Source: Promethearchaeia archaeon
GTDB taxonomy: Archaea; Asgardarchaeota; Lokiarchaeia; Sigyniarchaeales; SOKP01
Length of the DNA: 8,468 nucleotides
Assembly: GCA_046497275.1 (NCBI GenBank)
Contig: JAWOFX010000082.1
Span: forward strand, 1 to 8,468
Direction of reading: 5' to 3'
In this document: positions 1 to 6,264 of the stretch, in pieces
How positions within the stretch are numbered: position 1 is the first letter of the stretch
How the letters are laid out: every line of letters begins with the position of its first letter
Made by a program: the position numbers and the translations under genes
Notes under the pieces: model-generated
Databases searched by the model: none
What the model was told of the DNA's origin: nothing
Seen by the model: only the letters and a program-made list of their open reading frames with translations

Positions 1-158
1 TCTCTTGGATATGATCTTAAAACTACAAGATATGGGAGAAGAATCAATATTTTTATTATGGTTTAGTATTAATGAAATCATAAAAATTTAGATTTTTAGG
101 AAACCATGACATTTTTTCCCTTTTTGAATGTCTTTTCAAAATTTTCTCAAATTTACAC

Positions 159-172
159 AAAAACATTTAAAT
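159..172 (+). promoter_or_regulatory. Putative archaeal BRE+TATA element upstream of the AbrB-ligase gene
   Basis: AAAAACATTTAAAT is a purine tract followed by TTTAAAT, ending ~83 nt before ATG 255. It is 13/14 identical to 5847-5860. The AT-rich background lowers significance. Confidence 0.3.
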
Positions 173-254
173 CAAGAAACAACTTATTTTCATCCATCTT
201 TTTAATACTAGTAAAAAATAAAATTACGGTAGTAATAATTCTAATACAAAGTGT

Positions 255-2072
255 ATGAAAACTGGAAAAGGAAGAATAACTGAGAAAACCTCTGGAAATA
301 GAGGATATAAAAGCACTTGGTTATATATTCCCAGTAAGCTTTCTAAAGATGAAGATTTTCCTTTTAAAGATGGCGAAAAGGTAATAGTGGAAGTTGTAGA
401 TAACCAGTTAAGAGTGAAAAAAATTTTTACTCTGAGCGATCTCACCCAAGAATATGGAATCCCGGATGCAACTCTGCCTAAGTTAGTAGAAAAAAAAGCA
501 GAATATAATAGAGATAAGCCTTTATTGATATTTCCCGAGAAAATATTCTCTTACCAGGAGGTAAATGAAATTTCAAACAGAATCGCTCATGGACTTTCAG
601 ATCTATTTAAGGAATTAAATTTACATAATCCTAAAATAGCGATCTTCCTTCCAAATTGTCCAGAAGCAATTACGTGTTGGTTCGGAATATCTAAAATTGG
701 GGGAATAGCCGTACCTATTAATTTTATGCTAAGTGATAATGATTTAGAATTTGTTTTAAATAATAGTGACTCAGAACTTCTAATAATAGATTATCAATAT
801 TTTAAGGATATTAAGAAAATTTTAAATACTTTAACAAAAATTAAGAGGATTATAATTCAAAATGCTCCTGCTGGATTTGAATATAATCGAAAATTACTTG
901 ATTTCAAAGTAATCTCTTCAAAGAATTCAAAAAATCCAAATGTAAATATTAAATCTTCTCAGCCGCTAGAAATTTTATATACAGCTGGAACAACTGGACA
1001 TCCTAAGGGAGTGGTATATAAAAATCATCATACTTTATCTGGAATCAGCGTAGGGACAAAATTAGAAGATATAGGATTTGGTGCAGATAATCATAAAGTT
1101 TATTGCCCTTTACCCTTATTTCAGGCTTTTTCACGATATTTAGTTATCATTCCAGCGATGTATTACAATTCAGCAGTAATAATTCCAAACGAATTTGAAT
1201 TATCAACTTTTTGGGATGATATAAATGAATATGCACCTAATGGTTTTTGTTATCTCGGGGCTTACTTATTAGAATTAATGGATAGAGATCCATCTTTGAA
1301 TGATAGGAATCATTCATTAAAGTATGCATTTGGATTTGGAGCATTTAAAAAAATTTGGGAAGCGTTTGAGAGAAGATTTGGGATTAAAATAATTGAGGCA
1401 TGGTCACTTGTAGAGAGTATTGGTTTGACAATTAATACAGTAGGTTCAAGTGGAGGGAAAACAGGGTCGATAGGCATCCCAGCAAGAGGATATGAATTGA
1501 GGATTGTCAATCCAGAAGGTAATGATCTCCCTGCAGGGAGTAATAATATAGGTGAAATTGTTTCGAGGACTAAGCTTCCTATAGAATTGGAATATTATAA
1601 TTTGAAATCAAAATCTAATACTTCCATAGCAAATAATAGGTGGGTTTATACTGGGGATTTTGGATATATGGATCATGATGGGTTTGTCTACTTCCTGGGA
1701 AGAAAATCAGATATGATTCAGAGAGGTGATGAAATTTTCTTTGCTTTAGATATTGAGCGAGTTGCTAATTCACACCATCTTGTAATTAATAGTGCTGTTT
1801 TCGAGGTCTCTGTCGATCATACTTCTGAGACTGCCTTAAAGATATGTGTTGAATTAAAAGGGGAAAATTCTCTAAGCTATTCTGATTTTCATTTATATCT
1901 AAAACATCATTTAGCATATTTTATGGTACCTCGATATATAGAATTTAAGCGGAAATTACCAAGAAATGTTAATGAGCTTGTCCAGAAATTTTTGTTAAAA
2001 AAAGAATGGGAAGATGAAGGCTTAAGAAAAAACACATATGATACACAAACTAAGAAAATGCTTCCTAAATAA
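255..2072 (+). CDS. Fusion protein: N-terminal AbrB/MazE/SpoVT-like DNA-binding domain (aa ~1-57) plus CaiC-like AMP-binding acyl-CoA ligase (ANL superfamily) with degenerate catalytic motifs
   Basis: 605-aa ORF. ANL motifs are recognisable: P-loop ILYTAGTTGHPKG (aa 240-252), A7 YTGD, A8-like GRKSDMI, C-terminal YFMVPRYIEF..LPR. The CaiC-like flavour (PLPLF, FWDDI, FERRFG) is a judgement call. The N-terminal YKSTWLYIPSKLSKDEDFPFKDGEKVIVEVVDNQLRV fits the swapped-hairpin pattern [hydrophobic]-x-IP...-G-[DE]-x-V-x-[hydrophobic]. Confidence 0.85.
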   Translation: MKTGKGRITEKTSGNRGYKSTWLYIPSKLSKDEDFPFKDGEKVIVEVVDNQLRVKKIFTLSDLTQEYGIPDATLPKLVEKKAEYNRDKPLLIFPEKIFSYQEVNEISNRIAHGLSDLFKELNLHNPKIAIFLPNCPEAITCWFGISKIGGIAVPINFMLSDNDLEFVLNNSDSELLIIDYQYFKDIKKILNTLTKIKRIIIQNAPAGFEYNRKLLDFKVISSKNSKNPNVNIKSSQPLEILYTAGTTGHPKGVVYKNHHTLSGISVGTKLEDIGFGADNHKVYCPLPLFQAFSRYLVIIPAMYYNSAVIIPNEFELSTFWDDINEYAPNGFCYLGAYLLELMDRDPSLNDRNHSLKYAFGFGAFKKIWEAFERRFGIKIIEAWSLVESIGLTINTVGSSGGKTGSIGIPARGYELRIVNPEGNDLPAGSNNIGEIVSRTKLPIELEYYNLKSKSNTSIANNRWVYTGDFGYMDHDGFVYFLGRKSDMIQRGDEIFFALDIERVANSHHLVINSAVFEVSVDHTSETALKICVELKGENSLSYSDFHLYLKHHLAYFMVPRYIEFKRKLPRNVNELVQKFLLKKEWEDEGLRKNTYDTQTKKMLPK

Positions 2073-2297
2073 AACAGAATTAAAATTTATTTTCCTTAAT
2101 AATATGTTGAAAAGAATTAATAATCAAGTTAGAATTGAATTATTTCAACCAAATTATTATTTTTATATATTCATCTCCAATATTTTTATTCTATTTTTAT
2201 TGTTCTATTCTTTATTTATGATTAAAACATATCTTTTTTTATAAAACAATAATTATAAAAAAAATTATCAATAAATTAAAAAAAATGTGAAAAAAGT

Positions 2298-3830
2298 ATG
2301 AGAACTCCAGAAGAATATGAAAAAGCGCTTTTAGAGATGAAACCGAATATCTATATCGGTGAGGAGAAGGTGGGAAGAGATGACCCAAGAATTAAGGGAG
2401 GAATGAATATTATAAAAGTCACCTATGAGAAAGCGTGGGATCCAGAATTTGAGGACGTATGCACAGCAACCTCTCATCTCACTGGAGAAAAAATCAACCG
2501 CTTCACCCATATCCATCAAAGTGTAGATGATCTCTTGAAGAAACAAAAAATGACAAGGTTATTATGTCATCGAGTAGGTGGATGCATCCAGCGATGTATG
2601 GGAATTGATGCGTTGAATGCATTATCAGTGATTACCTATGAATTAGATGAAGCACTTGGTTCAGATCATCATCAACGCTTTAATGAATATATGAAATATT
2701 TTCAAAAAAATGATTTGTGTGCGAGTTGCGCACAAACAGATCCGAAAGGAGACAGATTAAAACGACCGCATCAACAAGAAGATCCAGATCAATATCTAAG
2801 AGTTATTGAAAGCAGAGATGATGGGATTGTTGTAAGAGGAGCCAAAATAAATATTACCAACACAGCATATGTAGATGAGTTAGTAGCTGTCCCTGTTAGA
2901 TACATGGGTCCAGAAGATCACGATTATGCTGTGGCATTTGCTTTACCTGCAGATTGGGAAGGTGTAAAATTACTCGCACGACCCGCATGGTTTAGTGAAA
3001 GGCAAAAATATGATGCTCCAGCAGCAAAATTTGGTGATGTTGAAACAATGATAGTATTTGATGATGTGTTCGTACCTAAAGAACGAGTCTTTTTGAATGG
3101 TCATGCAGATCCACGACAAACGGCATATGCAGGATTTTTGGCATTAATGTTTGCCCATTATCATCGGCATTCATATACAGGGTGTAAACCTGCAGTTTCA
3201 GAAATTTTGGCTAGTGCATCAGCTTTAGTATCTGAATATAATGGGATCGAAAAGGAATCTCATGTAAGAGATAAATTATCCCATATAATAGGAACTGCTG
3301 AATTAGTCTACGCTGCGGGAGAATCGAGTGCTTATCATTCCGAAAAAGCGCCGTCTGGAACACAAGTGCCAGATGAAGTTTTAACAAATGCCGGAAGAAG
3401 ACTTGCAGGTGAGATGATCTATAAAGAATATGAAATTTTAGCTGATCTCTCCGGCGGTTTAGTTGCTACTTTACCATATGAAGGTACATTTCTCAGTGAT
3501 GAGGTTGGAGATTTAGCTATGAAATATCTGACAAGAAATCCTAAAATTCCGCAAGACAAGGTTTATAGATGTTTTAAAGGAATCGAAGATTTAATAGTCT
3601 CAGATATGGCTGGTGTTATGCAAGTCGCAGGACTCCATGGTGGAGGATCTCCCCAAATGGAGACAATAACAATGATGATGAGATACGATCTAGAAGAACT
3701 GAAAAAGATTTCTAAGTATCTTTTTGGTATACGCAAAAAATTGGGAAGATATGAAAGACCAACAGTTACTCCAAGAGAACAATTAAAGAAATTTAGAAAA
3801 GCAATGGAAATGAAAAAACAATCTAAATAA
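2298..3830 (+). CDS. abfD: 4-hydroxybutyryl-CoA dehydratase / vinylacetyl-CoA isomerase family (AbfD-like, HpaB/AbfD fold), FAD and [4Fe-4S] protein; divergent active site
   Basis: 510-aa ORF. CIQRCMG (C96, C100) and HYHRHSYTGCK (H289, Y293, C296, K297) match the AbfD cluster ligands (C99/C103/H292/C299 in Clostridium aminobutyricum, numbering from memory). Family motifs TDPKGDR, GAK, VFDDVFVPKERVFL and HGGGSP are also present. Confidence 0.88.
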   Translation: MRTPEEYEKALLEMKPNIYIGEEKVGRDDPRIKGGMNIIKVTYEKAWDPEFEDVCTATSHLTGEKINRFTHIHQSVDDLLKKQKMTRLLCHRVGGCIQRCMGIDALNALSVITYELDEALGSDHHQRFNEYMKYFQKNDLCASCAQTDPKGDRLKRPHQQEDPDQYLRVIESRDDGIVVRGAKINITNTAYVDELVAVPVRYMGPEDHDYAVAFALPADWEGVKLLARPAWFSERQKYDAPAAKFGDVETMIVFDDVFVPKERVFLNGHADPRQTAYAGFLALMFAHYHRHSYTGCKPAVSEILASASALVSEYNGIEKESHVRDKLSHIIGTAELVYAAGESSAYHSEKAPSGTQVPDEVLTNAGRRLAGEMIYKEYEILADLSGGLVATLPYEGTFLSDEVGDLAMKYLTRNPKIPQDKVYRCFKGIEDLIVSDMAGVMQVAGLHGGGSPQMETITMMMRYDLEELKKISKYLFGIRKKLGRYERPTVTPREQLKKFRKAMEMKKQSK

Positions 3831-3844
3831 TTATTTTTAATACC

Positions 3845-3866
3845 TTCTTTTTTTTATTTAGTTTTT
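3845..3866 (+). terminator. Oligo-T tract, archaeal-type terminator candidate after abfD-like gene
   Basis: TTCTTTTTTTTATTTAGTTTTT with a T8 run at 3848-3855, starting 15 nt after the stop codon, with no hairpin. This fits archaeal oligo-U termination. Confidence 0.45.
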
Positions 3867-4028
3867 AGAATCATAGAGAAACTATATTATCAATTTTGAA
3901 AATCAAATATTTTCTTTGTGTCCTCTTTTTTTAATAAAGGATTGTTAAAATTAATTAAAACATTTTAAGAATATCATTTACTATCTCTTTTAACTATAAT
4001 TAAATATTTAATCATCTTGAGATATCTT

Positions 4029-5630
4029 ATGAAAAAGATTAAAAGAGCTATAATAAGTGTGTATGATAAAAGTGGTGTTGTAGATTTCACAAAAAAATTA
4101 GCAACAGAATACAATATAGAAATTTTATCAACGGGAGGTACAGGACAGTTATTAGAAGAAAATGGGATTAATATCATAAAAATCTCAGAATATACTGGCT
4201 CCCCCGAAATGTTTGAAGGACGTGTGAAAACATTGCATCCAAAAATCGAAGGAGGCATTCTTTATAGGAGAGAAATTGAGAAAGATGTAATTGATGCCGA
4301 TAAATATGAGATCCCCCCAATTGATATGGTGGTGTGTAATTTATATCAATTTAAAGAAGCTATATCTAAACCAGACACAACTTTATTGGATGCTTTAGAA
4401 ATGATTGATATTGGTGGTCCAACAATGATACGCGCGGCAGCCAAAAATTATCCAAATGTCGTGGTGGTACCAGATACAAGCTATTATACAAAAATTCTTA
4501 ATGAATTGAAAAAAAATGATGGGAAGATCGGAGATTCCTTAAGGGCTGAATTGGCTCAAGATGTTTTTGTCATAATGGCAGATTACAATGCCGCTATAGC
4601 AAATTATCTTCAAACAAGAAATGAAGAGAAATTATTACCACGTAATCTTATAAAGGTATTTGAAAAAGTATCAGATACGAGATATGGTGAAAACTGGGAT
4701 CAAGAAGCTGTTTTTTATAGAGATCTTTCATCAAAATATGGTCTACAAGACTTTAACCAGCTGAATGGAAAAGAGATCTCATTTAATAATTATCTTGACA
4801 TTGATTCATGTATACAAATTTTATTGGATTTTGAGACAGAAGATTATGTAACTGCCATATTAAAGCATACATCACCGAATGGGATTGCGATAGACCGCCA
4901 AGATCAACTTAATTCAGTCAAGAGAGCATTTAGTACGGATCCCTTATCCGCTTTTGGTGGAATCTGGGGAGTAAATAAAGAATTGACTGAAGAAGTAGCA
5001 GATTATATCGTGAATCAAGAGAATATTTTTATCGAAGTAATTATGGCACCATCATTTAAACCCAAGGCTCTTGAAATTTTAAGAAAAAAAGAGAGTATGA
5101 GAGTACTCGAATTCGGAAATTTTCTTACAAAGCGTGAGGAACTCTATGAAAATTTTGAGATTAGATCAGTTCTTGGAGGAATTCTTGTGCAAGAATATGA
5201 TCATAAACCAGTTATAAAAGAATGGAATGTAGTGAGTCAAAGAAAAGTTAATGATTTGGAAAAAGAAGCACTTATTTTTGCTTATAAAGTTTCAAAATGG
5301 GCAAAATCCAATTCTGCGTGTTTTGCTCAAGTTTATGATACTGGAATGTACACAATTGGTATAGGTGCTGGGCAGCAAAGTAGAGTTCATGTGGTTAAAT
5401 TAGCCGTGCAAAAAGCTCGAGAGTTTGGTCACCAAAAGGCCCTTATTGATTCCGTTATGGGTACAGATTCGTTTTTCCCCTTTCCCGATGGATTAGAGGC
5501 AGCAGTTGAAGCGGGAGCAAAAGCAATTATTAACCCAGGAGGATCAATTCGCGATGAGATAGTAATAGAAACTGCAAATAAACTAAATTGCGCATTAGTT
5601 TTTTGCGGTAAGCGAGTATTCCGTCATTAG
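4029..5630 (+). CDS. purH: Bifunctional AICAR transformylase / IMP cyclohydrolase
   Basis: Motifs RAIISVYDK, LSTGGT, GRVKTLHPKI, IDIGGPTMIRAAAKN, RYGEN, catalytic KH (KHTSPNG), DPLSAFGG, FFPF.DG, PGGSIRD and terminal FRH. I prefer ATG 4029 over the ORF-track TTG 4017 because PurH normally begins M-x-x-I-K-R-A-L-I-S-V. Confidence 0.97.
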   Translation: MKKIKRAIISVYDKSGVVDFTKKLATEYNIEILSTGGTGQLLEENGINIIKISEYTGSPEMFEGRVKTLHPKIEGGILYRREIEKDVIDADKYEIPPIDMVVCNLYQFKEAISKPDTTLLDALEMIDIGGPTMIRAAAKNYPNVVVVPDTSYYTKILNELKKNDGKIGDSLRAELAQDVFVIMADYNAAIANYLQTRNEEKLLPRNLIKVFEKVSDTRYGENWDQEAVFYRDLSSKYGLQDFNQLNGKEISFNNYLDIDSCIQILLDFETEDYVTAILKHTSPNGIAIDRQDQLNSVKRAFSTDPLSAFGGIWGVNKELTEEVADYIVNQENIFIEVIMAPSFKPKALEILRKKESMRVLEFGNFLTKREELYENFEIRSVLGGILVQEYDHKPVIKEWNVVSQRKVNDLEKEALIFAYKVSKWAKSNSACFAQVYDTGMYTIGIGAGQQSRVHVVKLAVQKAREFGHQKALIDSVMGTDSFFPFPDGLEAAVEAGAKAIINPGGSIRDEIVIETANKLNCALVFCGKRVFRH

Positions 5631-5639
5631 AATTATAGA

Positions 5640-5663
5640 TTTTTATCTTTTTTCATTATTTTT
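5640..5663 (+). terminator. Oligo-T tract, archaeal-type terminator candidate after purH
   Basis: Several T4-T6 runs start 10 nt after the purH stop codon. Confidence 0.4.
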
Positions 5664-5702
5664 CCATATATTAACTCATTAATATTCTACTTAAGTAATC
5701 CA

Positions 5703-5829
5703 TCTATAGTATTTAACCGGAGTTGGCTTTCTGCAAATTCATATCCTAAAAAAAATATCATACAAACCTTTAATTTTTACCCAGAAATTGGTTTCAGCCA
5801 AATAGGGAAACCTATTTCCGAACTATAGA
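5703..5829 (+). ncRNA. Candidate structured RNA (three-way junction with GNRA-capped hairpin) in the purH-wHTH spacer; family unknown
   Basis: Hand-derived nested helices: 5703-5710/5822-5829 (8 bp), 5718-5722/5816-5820 (4 WC + G-U), 5723-5728/5796-5801 (6 bp), 5729-5733/5782-5786 (5 bp), 5802-5806/5811-5815 closed by GAAA at 5807-5810. The arms are more GC-rich than the flanks. There is no expression or covariation evidence. Confidence 0.4.
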
Positions 5830-5846
5830 AATTCTCTTGTTTTGTA

Positions 5847-5860
5847 AAAAATATTTAAAT
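5847..5860 (+). promoter_or_regulatory. Putative archaeal BRE+TATA element upstream of the wHTH gene
   Basis: AAAAATATTTAAAT, ending ~110 nt before ATG 5971, and nearly identical to 159-172. Confidence 0.3.
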
Positions 5861-5970
5861 GTTAAAAAACATAAATGTAATACATAAAAGTTATTCTATC
5901 ATTAGAGATTTTACTGTAGTAAAGTCGCTATAATTCGTAGAAATCACCATAAGAGGAGCATTTTTTAAGA

Positions 5971-6252
5971 ATGGATTTTTTTTTGAAGAACTTAAGAGAA
6001 ACATTATCAGCCATCAATAAACTTATAGAAGGTAATGTGTATGTTGTAAATACTAAAAGGGTAAGAAGATGTAATAATATTAAATCGTCAAATCGTTCGA
6101 AAATAAACTTCATTTGGCGATCGCTCGCCTTTCTCGAAGAACATAAAATATTAGAACTAAATGGAAAAAGCAATCCTAAAACTTATAAGATTTTACCTCA
6201 AGAGGAATTAGATATTGATAAATTTATTGAAAAAATTGAGGAGCAAAGGTAA
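5971..6252 (+). CDS. Small hypothetical protein, probable winged helix-turn-helix DNA-binding protein
   Basis: 93-aa ORF with AGGAG at 5954-5958 upstream. The pattern of helix, basic helix/turn (TKRVRR..IKSSNRS), recognition-like helix (KINFIWRSLAFLEEHKIL) and beta-wing (LELNGKSNPKTYKI) is typical of wHTH folds. The fold call is pattern-based only. Confidence 0.6.
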   Translation: MDFFLKNLRETLSAINKLIEGNVYVVNTKRVRRCNNIKSSNRSKINFIWRSLAFLEEHKILELNGKSNPKTYKILPQEELDIDKFIEKIEEQR

Positions 6253-6264
6253 TTCATCAAAAAT

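Noticed and set aside
1-91. Possible end or start of a neighbouring gene at the left edge
   Set aside because: Frames +1 (stop at 66), +2 (stop at 91) and a - strand frame from ATG 81 are all open, so it cannot be assigned from this window.
224-445. 73-aa - strand ORF
   Set aside because: Antisense shadow of the 605-aa gene.
1310-1510. 66-aa - strand ORF
   Set aside because: Antisense shadow inside the ligase gene.
2181-2202. Tandem 11-bp repeat TATTTTTATT(C/G) x2
   Set aside because: Only two low-complexity copies and no spacer structure; not a CRISPR array or iteron set.
2038-2244. 68-aa + strand ORF overlapping the ligase stop
   Set aside because: Low-complexity F/I/L/N/Y composition produced by the AT-rich spacer; no motif; overlaps a real gene end.
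2331-2546. 71-aa - strand ORF
   Set aside because: Antisense shadow inside abfD.
3999-4012. 14-bp palindrome ATTAAATATTTAAT upstream of purH
   Set aside because: All A/T in an AT-rich spacer, so plausible by chance.
4017-4028. TTG start extension of purH
   Set aside because: ATG 4029 matches the canonical PurH N-terminus.
3974-4258. 94-aa - strand ORF
   Set aside because: Antisense shadow of the purH 5' end.
5687-5761. 24-aa - strand sORF (MIFFLGYEFAESQLRLNTIDGLLK)
   Set aside because: Too short to support, has an in-frame stop just upstream, and overlaps the region better explained as structured RNA.
5900-5960. - strand TTATGG..TTTCTAC resembling a purine riboswitch core near purH
   Set aside because: The spacing is too short for P2, the other helices are absent, and it is downstream of and antisense to purH.
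5928-6173. 81-aa - strand ORF
   Set aside because: Antisense to the 93-aa ORF, which has the better RBS-like site and a more protein-like pattern.
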